Source of the DNA: Anaerolineae bacterium
GTDB taxonomy: Bacteria > Chloroflexota > Anaerolineae > Aggregatilineales > UBA3940
Assembly: GCA_050288085.1 (NCBI GenBank)
Contig: JBNKDD010000001.1
Coordinates: 15,728 to 79,727 of the forward strand
Reading direction: 5' to 3'
Length of the DNA stretch: 64,000 nt
Position numbers and translations under genes: made by a program
Notes under the pieces: generated by a model
What the model was told of the DNA's origin: nothing
Databases searched by the model: none
Seen by the model: only the letters and a program-made list of their open reading frames with translations
In this document: piece after piece, positions 1-8,118 of the stretch
Numbering within the stretch: position 1 is the first letter of the stretch
Layout of the letters: the number at the start of each line of letters is the position of its first letter

Positions 1-1
1 A

Positions 2-679
2 CCCCTGGTTGAAGAGGCTGAAGGACAGGGCATCATTGTGACCAGCATGAATACCCAACTGCCCGAACTGCAGGCTCAATACGGCTCTGCTGGCTTTGGC
101 TATGTCGGCGCGATTCTCTATGACGCCGGTTATGCACTTGGTCAGGAAGCCGTTAACCGCTTTGGGTTGGTTGAGGGCGACCGGGCGATGGTTTGGGGTC
201 TGCTGGCTCAGGCCGGACGTGGTGAGCGTACCAAGGGTGTGATTGATGCCCTCGAAGATGCTGGCCTCGTTGTTGACTACCTGGAAATCGATGATGCCAC
301 CAACGCTGACGCAGCGGCTGGCGTCCCCACTTTCGTTGGTTATGCTTCATCTAACCCGGACGTTAAACTGGTCGTGACCGATCATGGCGCACTGACAGCT
401 ACCCTTGAGACCTACCTGACCGCCGCTGGCTTTGGCCCCGATGATGTTTATGCCGCTGGCTTTGACCTCTCCCCGGCCACCGTGGAAGCGATCAATGGCG
501 GATGGACTGACCTGGTGATCGACCAGCAGCAGTGGCTGCAAGGCTATCTGGCCGTCCTGCAAATCTGCCTGACTGACAACTATGCCTTCACCGGTTTGCA
601 CGTCAACACCGGCGCAGGCTTTGCCCATGCAGATAACGTGGATCTGCTTGAAGCTCTCGTCGAAGAACAAATTCGTTAG
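2..679 (+). CDS. ABC transporter substrate-binding protein (sugar/periplasmic-binding-protein type), 5' end cut by window edge
   Basis: The reading frame is open from base 2 (PLVEEAEGQGIIVTSM...), so the ATG at 38 is internal. It sits directly upstream of an ABC ATPase and permease. The family call rests on overall resemblance only. Confidence 0.7.
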   Translation, partial: PLVEEAEGQGIIVTSMNTQLPELQAQYGSAGFGYVGAILYDAGYALGQEAVNRFGLVEGDRAMVWGLLAQAGRGERTKGVIDALEDAGLVVDYLEIDDATNADAAAGVPTFVGYASSNPDVKLVVTDHGALTATLETYLTAAGFGPDDVYAAGFDLSPATVEAINGGWTDLVIDQQQWLQGYLAVLQICLTDNYAFTGLHVNTGAGFAHADNVDLLEALVEEQIR

Positions 680-698
680 TAGTGGTCTACCTGTCGCG

Positions 699-721
699 CC
701 TGCTGGATAACATCCAGCAGG
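699..721 (+). promoter_or_regulatory. intercistronic hairpin after the binding-protein gene
   Basis: Perfect 10-bp stem CCTGCTGGAT / ATCCAGCAGG with a 3-nt loop, 20 nt after the stop. A second imperfect 12-bp hairpin lies at 747-782. This is the typical position for an mRNA-stabilising or attenuating element in ABC operons. Confidence 0.4.
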
Positions 722-806
722 TTGCTGATAGGTGGATATCGCGAGAGCCAATCGATGATAGAAGTTGTTTTCATTGATTGGCCCTCGCTCCTACGGAGCA
801 ACTGTG

Positions 807-1595
807 ATGACAACATATCGAATAGAACTTAAAAACGTCTCGAAATCCTTTGGCGAAGTACAAGCTTTGCGAGATGTCAATTTCAAGCTGGGGCAAAATG
901 AAGTGGTCGGTCTGTTGGGTGATAATGGGGCAGGCAAATCAACCCTTATCAAGATTCTCACCGGCTATCACCAACCTACCACTGGTGAAATCTATTTCAA
1001 CGGCAAGAAGGTTGATAACCTGACCGTTCCTAAAGCCAGGAAGCTGGGAGTTGAGACCGTTTACCAGGAACGGGCGCTGGCAGAACTTCAAACGCTGTGG
1101 CGCAATATCTTTCTGGGGCGGGAATTGAGTAATGCATTGGGCTTTATGGATATCAAGACCATGAAGGCCGAAACCCATCGCCTGATGATTGAATCGATGG
1201 GGTTTACCTCCAGTGCCGTCACCCCTGACTCTCCGATTGAAACCTTTTCGGGCGGGGAGAAACAGGGGGTGGCTATTGTGCGTGCCCTGTATTTCGATGC
1301 TGATATTATCATCTTAGATGAGCCCACAATGGGATTATCTTTGAAGGAAACACGAAAATTGATCGATTTCGTGCATGGTATCAAGAACGCGGGTAAATCA
1401 GCGGTTTTCATTGACCACAATATTTTCCATGTGTATTCTGTCGCTGACCGCGTCGTCGTAATCGACCGGGGTACGGTAGCCGGGGAGTTCAAGACCTCGG
1501 AGATTACATTGGAAGATCTTATGGATAAGATGTACCGCATTGCCGAAACAGGCAGTTTTGAAGGCAAGGTTGAGCAGGAATTCAGCCAGGGGTAA
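807..1595 (+). CDS. ABC transporter ATP-binding protein (single NBD)
   Basis: Walker A GDNGAGKST, signature FSGGEKQG, Walker B IIILDEPT. Start moved from 765 to ATG 807 (MTTYRIELKN), which has an ACGGAG SD-like element about 9 nt upstream. Confidence 0.9.
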   Translation: MTTYRIELKNVSKSFGEVQALRDVNFKLGQNEVVGLLGDNGAGKSTLIKILTGYHQPTTGEIYFNGKKVDNLTVPKARKLGVETVYQERALAELQTLWRNIFLGRELSNALGFMDIKTMKAETHRLMIESMGFTSSAVTPDSPIETFSGGEKQGVAIVRALYFDADIIILDEPTMGLSLKETRKLIDFVHGIKNAGKSAVFIDHNIFHVYSVADRVVVIDRGTVAGEFKTSEITLEDLMDKMYRIAETGSFEGKVEQEFSQG

Positions 1596-1603
1596 TAACA
1601 ATA

Positions 1604-2608
1604 ATGACCGATACAGAAGTAACACAAACATACCGGGAAACGCCGACTTTGGCTAAGTTTATCCGGGCCAATGGCACCCAACTTGGTATTCTGGCTGTTT
1701 TTATCTTGCTATGGATTTTCTTCATTATCTCTGCGCCTGACACCTTCCTTGCCCCGCAAATCTATTACGCGTTTATGTCCACCATCCCCTTCTTTGCTAT
1801 CATGGCAATGCCGCTCACATTAGCGGTTATTGCGGGGGAAATGGACTTATCCTTCACATCTATTATGGCAATCGGTATGGTGGCCTTTATCATAGCCTAT
1901 GATGCGACAAGCAGCATTGCGCTGGCCTTTATTGCTGCCTTGCTGATTGGGCTTGCGGCGGGCTTCCTGAATGGCGTAATCGTGGTGAAGTTTGGGATAC
2001 CTTCCCTGGTGGCAACAATTGGTACCCAATTCTTCTGGAGAGGCGCTGTCCTGGTGCTCTCAGAAGGAAGAAGCGGCTCGCTGGGATATACCAAAGACTC
2101 CTTACTGCACCCGGTTCTGGTTGGTAAAGTTGGGGGCGTCTTTCCTATGCAGATGGCCTGGCTGCTTATTGTAGCAGTAGCCATGTGGGTGCTGCTCAAC
2201 CGGCACCGTTTTGGATCCCATGTATTTTTGATCGGTGACAATGAAAACTCCGCCAGCTTAATGGGGGTCAATGCCGGTCGAGTGCGCATCATCATCTTCT
2301 CGTTGATCGGGTTGATCTCAGCTTTTGCCGGGGTAGTCGCCAGTCTGTACGTGACTTATTTCTGGCCGAGCCTGGGCGATGGTTATCTGCTGCGCACCCT
2401 GGCCTCAGTCTTTTTGGGGGGGACATCTGTATTTGGTGGCACCGGTACGATCTTCGGAACCTTTATCGGGGCTTTCATCATCGGTGCTATCGAAGCTGCT
2501 ACTGTCGCCATCGGTTTGACCGGTTTCTGGACACAGTTGATCTACGGCTTGATTATTGTCGCATCAGTAATCATGCACAGCTACCTGCGTCGAGGTCTGA
2601 AAAAATAG
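1604..2608 (+). CDS. ABC transporter permease (RbsC/branched-chain type)
   Basis: 334 aa and highly hydrophobic, with multiple predicted TM helices. It starts 9 nt after the ATPase stop. Confidence 0.85.
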   Translation: MTDTEVTQTYRETPTLAKFIRANGTQLGILAVFILLWIFFIISAPDTFLAPQIYYAFMSTIPFFAIMAMPLTLAVIAGEMDLSFTSIMAIGMVAFIIAYDATSSIALAFIAALLIGLAAGFLNGVIVVKFGIPSLVATIGTQFFWRGAVLVLSEGRSGSLGYTKDSLLHPVLVGKVGGVFPMQMAWLLIVAVAMWVLLNRHRFGSHVFLIGDNENSASLMGVNAGRVRIIIFSLIGLISAFAGVVASLYVTYFWPSLGDGYLLRTLASVFLGGTSVFGGTGTIFGTFIGAFIIGAIEAATVAIGLTGFWTQLIYGLIIVASVIMHSYLRRGLKK

Positions 2609-2816
2609 TTGAATGGGGGACGTTGGTAGAAAAATTTGTATGGATGGCCTGGCTGATCTTTCAAGTCGGTCAGCCGGGCGATGTTCCCGGCGAAGATGTT
2701 GTTAAACTGCCCCATCGTTTTATGAACGTTTGTCGGCAGCGCAGCAAACAGGACGATTTATTCGATGTAGAAACCTCCTCATTTACTACAACCTGTTGTG
2801 TCGGGGATATACGTAA

Positions 2817-2853
2817 AACCCCGTTGGGATCCTCTTCTTCTCCTGACGGGGTT
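2817..2853. terminator. bidirectional terminator-like hairpin between convergent genes
   Basis: Stem AACCCCGT / ACGGGGTT. It is followed by CCTTTTATT on the + strand and by TTTTACG on the - strand. The long loop of about 21 nt lowers confidence. Confidence 0.4.
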
Positions 2854-2869
2854 CCTTTTATTGCCTGTC

Positions 2870-3247
2870 CTAATCTTTAATACAATGACCTGCCGCCTGG
2901 AGCGCATTAACAGCCTGCTCTAAAGTATTAGCCTTAACTAACAGGTAATCGGTATCAAAGGTGGAAATCGCAAAGATGCTGATCTTTGCTTCTGCTAATG
3001 GTGTTGCAAGAGAAGCCAATACACCGGTAAGCGAAAAGTCCAATACTGCATCAACTTTCAATATACGCCAATCGCCTTCAGACTGTACGGTGGTGGGGGT
3101 GTCAACCTGCGGGCACACAATGGAGAGTTCATCGGAGGTGCGCGTAACAGCGTGAAAGTCACTCTGTGTGGCCCATGTGGGAATATCTGCTGCCGGGTCA
3201 AGGCGGCAGATGCTGTAGACTTCAGGTAGGATTGCTAAATTCATCAC
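2870..3247 (-). CDS. small ACT-domain-like protein
   Basis: 125 aa beginning MNLAILPEVYSICRL. It resembles stand-alone ACT-domain proteins. The call is by recognition only. Confidence 0.5.
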   Translation of the reverse strand: MMNLAILPEVYSICRLDPAADIPTWATQSDFHAVTRTSDELSIVCPQVDTPTTVQSEGDWRILKVDAVLDFSLTGVLASLATPLAEAKISIFAISTFDTDYLLVKANTLEQAVNALQAAGHCIKD

Positions 3248-3338
3248 TCGTTTCTCCGCGGTATCCTGTATTCAAAATCTACTATAAATCGAGTTTTGTA
3301 TTCGCGCCCGACCATGCTATCATTGGAGGTGTATTCAT

Positions 3339-3367
3339 GGTTACACTTCGGGCTGGGTTGTGTAACC
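3339..3367. promoter_or_regulatory. inverted repeat just upstream of the recombinase gene
   Basis: GGTTACAC-N13-GTGTAACC, a perfect 8-bp inverted repeat ending 20 nt before ATG 3387. Confidence 0.3.
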
Positions 3368-3386
3368 ATAAAGATCGGGAGACATT

Positions 3387-4415
3387 ATGACAGACGAAAA
3401 AGCACTTATTCCTGTTGAACCTCACGAAATAATCTTTTCACAAGGTGTTGAGCATGTCCTTGCGATTGTATCAGACTTCGCAGTTCGAGAGGCGGTCGAC
3501 TCGTGGCTGCGGGCAACGACTGATCACAGCAGTCCACGCTTCGATGATCTGCTCCGGGATAAAGCTCGTCCGGTCTGCGAGTTTTTTGAGTTTGTAGGCA
3601 AGACTCCTGACAAGGTCACCCCTCATGATGTAAAAGAGTATTACGAAATTTTGAGTCAGCGCGATCTCACCGAGGGGACGGTCTACGCGATGCTGTCTCG
3701 CATCTCATCATTCTATCGTTGGTTGGGCGATCTTCCGACATTTAAGGGCCGGATAGTCAATCCGGTAGCCGCAGCCCGTCCCAAAGCGCCTAAGCCTTAT
3801 CAATCGGAAAGCACCAAATCGCTAACCGATGACGAGGTGCGCGCCTTGGTAACTGTGATCCGGGAATATGCCGAATCGGGGAGTGTGGTGGGCAAGCGCG
3901 ATTATGCGATGTTTGTCACCTATCTCCTGACTGGCTTGCGGCGGGCAGAGGTGGCGCGGCTCCGTTGGGACAATGTTCATCTCGATGGCTTTTCTCCGAC
4001 GATTACCTTCCGGGCAAAAGGTGGGAGTGTCATTACCCGCGAAATAGACGAACGTATCCGTGATGCTATCCTGGATTATCTTCGCGTGTCGGGGCGGCTG
4101 GATCGGATGAAGCCCGATTCGCCCCTGTGGACAAGTCATGACCGGGCGAACCTCAAGCCGGGCGTGCAACTGACCAGTCACGCTTTTGCTAAGAATCTGA
4201 AAAAGTACGCAGAGCAAGCCGGTTTGAGCCACATCCACTTACACCAGACACGGCACACCTATGCGCGTATTGTCGCCGACCAAACCGGCAGCCTGATCGA
4301 AACCCAGGACGCCTTAGGGCACGTCAACGCAGCCACGACGCGGGTCTATGTCCAGCGGGTTGGTATCAAAAAGGATAAGCATGGCGACAAGGTTGCCCGG
4401 AGACTTGGTCTATAA
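3387..4415 (+). CDS. tyrosine-type site-specific recombinase/integrase
   Basis: Catalytic signature is present: GLRRAEVARL (Arg), HQTRHTYAR (HxxR) and LGHVNAATTRVYV (His/Tyr). GGGAGA SD lies upstream of the ATG. Confidence 0.85.
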   Translation: MTDEKALIPVEPHEIIFSQGVEHVLAIVSDFAVREAVDSWLRATTDHSSPRFDDLLRDKARPVCEFFEFVGKTPDKVTPHDVKEYYEILSQRDLTEGTVYAMLSRISSFYRWLGDLPTFKGRIVNPVAAARPKAPKPYQSESTKSLTDDEVRALVTVIREYAESGSVVGKRDYAMFVTYLLTGLRRAEVARLRWDNVHLDGFSPTITFRAKGGSVITREIDERIRDAILDYLRVSGRLDRMKPDSPLWTSHDRANLKPGVQLTSHAFAKNLKKYAEQAGLSHIHLHQTRHTYARIVADQTGSLIETQDALGHVNAATTRVYVQRVGIKKDKHGDKVARRLGL

Positions 4416-4555
4416 CAAAAATTTTACACTCTGGCAATATCCTGTAAACATATTTCATTTAAGTTAGGATCGTGCAGGATTAATTTACCATCTGCTGGTC
4501 GCTTTGTTGATTCTTGTTTTATATTCAACATACCACAAAGATGGTTTGATGCGGA

Positions 4556-5062
4556 GTGATGGAGATGGCTGACGAAAAGAAGAGACGAACCCGGTTGATT
4601 GGCGGTGTTGTTCTGTTGCAAGTTGTTATGCTGCTGGCCGTTTTCTGGCTGGGCGTATATTCCGAGCGTCATATTATGAGCATGAATGACCAGGGGCCGA
4701 ACCAACCGGGTGGACAGGTCAACGGTGCGCCTGGTCAGCCGCCAAATCCGCAGCAGGCCCCGGTGGCACAGCAGCTTCCTCCGGGCCTGACGGAACCGCC
4801 CCAGGTGATCGGCCATTTGGCCCGAATTGATCCGGGTGGTTTTGATGTTCTCACCGAACGGGGCCCGCGCCCGATTCTAATCGACGAAGAGACTTTATTC
4901 CGCGATCACGAAGGGAATGCCATTGCGCTGGGCGATTTGCAGCAGGGATATCTTCTGGCGATCTATGGGAACCCCGCTTCGGGGCAACAGGCCCTGATCT
5001 CAACAGAGGTGGTGCTGCTGCCACCACCTCTGCAAGAAGGTCAACTACCTCAACAACCGTGA
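4556..5062 (+). CDS. hypothetical membrane-anchored protein with a Pro/Gln-rich linker
   Basis: N-terminal TM helix (LIGGVVLLQVVMLLAVFWLGVY), then a PQ-rich low-complexity segment and a small C-terminal domain. The start is ambiguous (GTG 4556, ATG 4559 or ATG 4565). Confidence 0.5.
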   Translation: MMEMADEKKRRTRLIGGVVLLQVVMLLAVFWLGVYSERHIMSMNDQGPNQPGGQVNGAPGQPPNPQQAPVAQQLPPGLTEPPQVIGHLARIDPGGFDVLTERGPRPILIDEETLFRDHEGNAIALGDLQQGYLLAIYGNPASGQQALISTEVVLLPPPLQEGQLPQQP

Positions 5063-5065
5063 TTG

Positions 5066-5776
5066 TTAACTGGAAAGTGCCTGGAGCATGGCCCGGAAGG
5101 CCGTTTTGTAGTTGGCTGCAAAGTCAAAGCGTGGACTACGGCGGATAACGTCGGGTGGCTCGACCACATCAATTTGTGCACCCACGATTGGCTTACGATT
5201 CTGTTTGAAGAACTGTAAACCCTGGATGACGGCGTCTTCGGCAACAGCCGCCTGGGACAGCACCACCACCATATGGCTGCATTCCAATAAGCCGGGGTTG
5301 ACACCACTGGCCCATGCCTGGTTAAGCGCTTCAGGTGTCTCATCAAACCAGGCCGGAATCCCGGAGCGACTGAGGTCTTCCGCTAATTTCTTGGCGATCT
5401 CAAAATCGACCGGCGCATAATTGATGAAGGCCGCAAAGCGAGCCTTTGGCTTCCGTCCGCCTTTTCCCTTGGGTTGTGACTGCGCGCCAAGCATCTGGCC
5501 CACATCGGGTTTGCTGAGATTATGGTGCGCCTCGGTGCGCCCCATGCGGAAGACGGTATTTCCGCAGACTTCACACTCGCCGCGTGTGCCGGGAGCGCCC
5601 CGCCGCGTCCAGACCGGTTGGGGATTCTGCATGAAGGTCTTCTCTTTGCAATGGACACAATAAGCTTCGATTTCTTCAGGTTCAAGAATGTCGTCTTCTT
5701 CAGGATAATCCACGATACTTTCCCTTCTGCCGCGTAGAATTCCCACACAGTATGCCCTAACGGGACCGGATTGCAC
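5066..5776 (-). CDS. zinc-ribbon (DUF5679-like) plus TIR-domain protein
   Basis: N-terminal ribbon AYCVHCKEKTFMQNPQPVWTRRGAPGTRGECEVCGNTVFRMG (CxxC..CxxC). A Lys/Gly-rich linker follows. The C-terminal region matches the TIR_2 pattern (AFINYAPVD..LAEDLSRSGIPAWFDE..VVVLS..KPIVGAQID). A likelier start is GTG at 5713, with GAAGGGAAAG upstream. Confidence 0.65.
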   Translation of the reverse strand: MQSGPVRAYCVGILRGRRESIVDYPEEDDILEPEEIEAYCVHCKEKTFMQNPQPVWTRRGAPGTRGECEVCGNTVFRMGRTEAHHNLSKPDVGQMLGAQSQPKGKGGRKPKARFAAFINYAPVDFEIAKKLAEDLSRSGIPAWFDETPEALNQAWASGVNPGLLECSHMVVVLSQAAVAEDAVIQGLQFFKQNRKPIVGAQIDVVEPPDVIRRSPRFDFAANYKTAFRAMLQALSS

Positions 5777-5794
5777 AAACTCCGTGAGCGGCGA

Positions 5795-6892
5795 TCAGTC
5801 TAAGTTCATACTCAATTGACCGCCACCTTTACGCAGCAGGTCGATAATTTGTTGGTCGGTTGAGGGGAAGGCATACCGGCCCAGGTCGTCAAGTGTGGCC
5901 CAAATCCAATCGGCGCATTCAATCGCCTGGGGTTCGCCGCTGACATGTTCGCATTCGAAAACAAACAATGTGATCCGAAAATGCGTGTAAGCGTGTTTCA
6001 CCGTTGCGATTTGTGGCCCAACCCGGATATCAATTCCCAGCTCCTCCTGAATCTCACGGCGTAGACATTCAGGCAGCGATTCGCCCGGCTCGCGCTTTCC
6101 GCCGGGAAATTCCCACAGACCACCCAGCATTCCATTAAGCGGGCGCTGTGCGATGATGAACCGGCCATCATCCCGCCGGATCACCCCGGCAGTGACATCA
6201 TAGTGCGGCGTTTTGGCCTTCGGGCTTTTGACCGGGCGCTGAGTCTGTACGCCTGCCTGATATGCCCGGCAGTGGTCCGCTGCCGGACATGATTCGCACT
6301 GAGGTGATCGCGGGGTGCATATCCGGCGGCCAAGCTCCATCAAGCCTTCGTTCCAGGATGCCGCCTGCCCGTTAGGAAGAATTTCTTCCGCGAGTTCCCA
6401 TAAAGCTCGTTTGGTAGCGGATTGGGCGACATCATCCTCGATATTAAACACCCGCGTCAGGATGCGGATCACGTTACCGTCCAGCACCGGGACATTCTCC
6501 CCAAAGGCAAAGCTGGCGACTGCTCCTGCTGTATAACGCCCTACGCCGGGTAATTCCTGGAGTCTCTCCGCATTCTGTGGAAATTCTCCGCCAAGCTCTT
6601 CAACCACCATTTGCGCCGCGCGATGCAGGTTGCGGGCACGGCTGTAATACCCCAGCCCTTCCCACAGTTTCAACACCTCATCGAGCGATGCTGCGGCGAG
6701 GTCTTGCACGGTCGGGAAGCACTCGACGAAACGCTGGTAATATGGGATCACCGTCGTAACCTGCGTCTGTTGGAGCATGATCTCCGACAGCCAGATCACG
6801 TAAGGGTCTTTGGTGCGCCGCCAGGGGAGATCGGCTTTGTTCGCCTCAAACCAATCGATCAGCGCGGTGTGGAGTGCAGAATTGTTATCCAT
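5795..6892 (-). CDS. mutY: A/G-specific adenine DNA glycosylase
   Basis: HhH-GPD core and an Fe-S loop C-x6-C-x2-C-x5-C (CTPRSPQCESCPAADHC). The C-terminal region is NUDIX-like (GGLWEFPGGKRE). Start set to the internal ATG at 6892 (MDNNSALHTALIDWF), which matches MutY N-termini. Confidence 0.9.
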   Translation of the reverse strand: MDNNSALHTALIDWFEANKADLPWRRTKDPYVIWLSEIMLQQTQVTTVIPYYQRFVECFPTVQDLAAASLDEVLKLWEGLGYYSRARNLHRAAQMVVEELGGEFPQNAERLQELPGVGRYTAGAVASFAFGENVPVLDGNVIRILTRVFNIEDDVAQSATKRALWELAEEILPNGQAASWNEGLMELGRRICTPRSPQCESCPAADHCRAYQAGVQTQRPVKSPKAKTPHYDVTAGVIRRDDGRFIIAQRPLNGMLGGLWEFPGGKREPGESLPECLRREIQEELGIDIRVGPQIATVKHAYTHFRITLFVFECEHVSGEPQAIECADWIWATLDDLGRYAFPSTDQQIIDLLRKGGGQLSMNLD

Positions 6893-7544
6893 TATGGTGA
6901 TTGGAAAGGATACGCTCGTAAACCGGGCAGGCATAAGTCAGAGCAGCCTGGCAAGTTGAGGGGACGTTCCGAGACGGCGTGATCCCCCATTGCCCCAGCA
7001 TCCGGGTGACATGACACAGTGGGAATCCCATCACATTGGCGAAACAATGCTCGAACGCTTCCACCGGATGAAAGCCAGGGTGCTGAATGGCATAAGACCC
7101 GGCCTTATCAAATGGGTCGCCGGTCTCGATATAGGCATCCATCTCAGCATTGGTATAGGGACGCATCTTGACCGGGCTGATGGCGCATTCGGACAGCCTC
7201 CGCCCTGTCACCGTATCAAGCAGGGTGACGGCGGTGTAAACGTGGTGATGGAGATCTCGCAATCTGAGCAGGACAGACCGTGCATCTGCCACATCGACCG
7301 GTTTACCCAGCACTTCATCACCGTTGACGACGATGGTATCGGCAGCGATGATCAGGGCCTCCCCATCGAGCATGTTGGCGGCGGCCTGTGCTTTCTCTCG
7401 GCTTAGACGGTTGGCGTAATCTAATGGAGATTCGCCGGGGTGACGCTGTTCATCTGTATGTGTGACGATAATCTCAAATTCGATACCCAGCAGCGACAGA
7501 AGTTCGCGCCGCCGGACTGATTGCGAAGCCAGGAATAATTTCAT
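6885..7544 (-). CDS. maf: Maf-family nucleoside triphosphate pyrophosphatase
   Basis: MKLFLASQSVRRRELLSLLGI... is a typical Maf N-terminus. There is a 4-nt ATGA overlap with tag upstream and an 8-nt overlap with mutY downstream. Confidence 0.85.
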   Translation of the reverse strand: MKLFLASQSVRRRELLSLLGIEFEIIVTHTDEQRHPGESPLDYANRLSREKAQAAANMLDGEALIIAADTIVVNGDEVLGKPVDVADARSVLLRLRDLHHHVYTAVTLLDTVTGRRLSECAISPVKMRPYTNAEMDAYIETGDPFDKAGSYAIQHPGFHPVEAFEHCFANVMGFPLCHVTRMLGQWGITPSRNVPSTCQAALTYACPVYERILSNHHNG

Positions 7545-8110
7545 AAAAGTTCTTTATACCGGAAGCAGCTCGTGATGTGATCGTTCACCATACCGGCGGC
7601 TTGCATCAGGGCATAGCAGATGGTTGGTCCAACGAAGCTAAAGCCGCGCTGCTTCAGGTCTTTGCTCATGGCTTCAGATTCGGGAGTGATGGCCGGTATA
7701 TCTTGCAATGTTTCCCATGAATTTTGAATAGTCTGCCCACCGGCAAACTGCCAGATGTACGCATCGAAGCTGCCGAATGATTCCTGCACATTCAGGAACG
7801 CCTGTGCATTCTGAACGGCAGCCCGGATTTTGAGCTTGTTGCGGATCAGGCCATGATTTAAGAGAAGCGCCTGTATTTTGTCTTCGCCGTAATTAGCGAC
7901 GATCTCCGGTTGGAAATTATCAAATGCCACCCGGTAATGATCGCGTTTACGCAAGATGGTGATCCAGCTTAACCCGGCCTGAGTTCCTTCCAACACCAGG
8001 AACTCGAACCAAAGCCGGTCATCATGCACCGGCACGCCCCATTCTTTGTCGTGATAGTCGATATAGAGCGGGTCTGATCCGGCCCACTCACAGCGATGTT
8101 GGGTGGTCAT
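7541..8110 (-). CDS. tag: DNA-3-methyladenine glycosylase I
   Basis: RCEWAGSDPLYIDYHDKEWGVP is the Tag signature. Length is 189 aa. Confidence 0.9.
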   Translation of the reverse strand: MTTQHRCEWAGSDPLYIDYHDKEWGVPVHDDRLWFEFLVLEGTQAGLSWITILRKRDHYRVAFDNFQPEIVANYGEDKIQALLLNHGLIRNKLKIRAAVQNAQAFLNVQESFGSFDAYIWQFAGGQTIQNSWETLQDIPAITPESEAMSKDLKQRGFSFVGPTICYALMQAAGMVNDHITSCFRYKELL

Positions 8111-8118
8111 GGCTTCCC

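Noticed and set aside
2623-2880. An 85-aa + strand ORF, and a 44-aa minus-strand ORF (2581-2715), in the 261-nt gap between the convergent permease and ACT genes.
   Set aside because: The 85-aa ORF has a TTG start, no SD and no recognisable motif. The minus-strand mini-ORF overlaps the permease 3' end and also lacks an SD. The region is better explained as a terminator-containing spacer. An sRNA cannot be excluded without transcript data.
3341-4434. Shared TTACACT heptamer upstream (3341) and downstream (4425) of the recombinase gene as att-like direct repeats.
   Set aside because: It is only 7 nt long, so a chance match between two roughly 140-nt AT-rich spacers is expected. No longer repeat was found by eye.
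5066-5776. TIR gene as part of a Thoeris (ThsA/ThsB) system.
   Set aside because: No SIR2, Macro/SLOG or TM-effector ThsA-like gene is nearby. The neighbours are DNA-repair genes and a recombinase.
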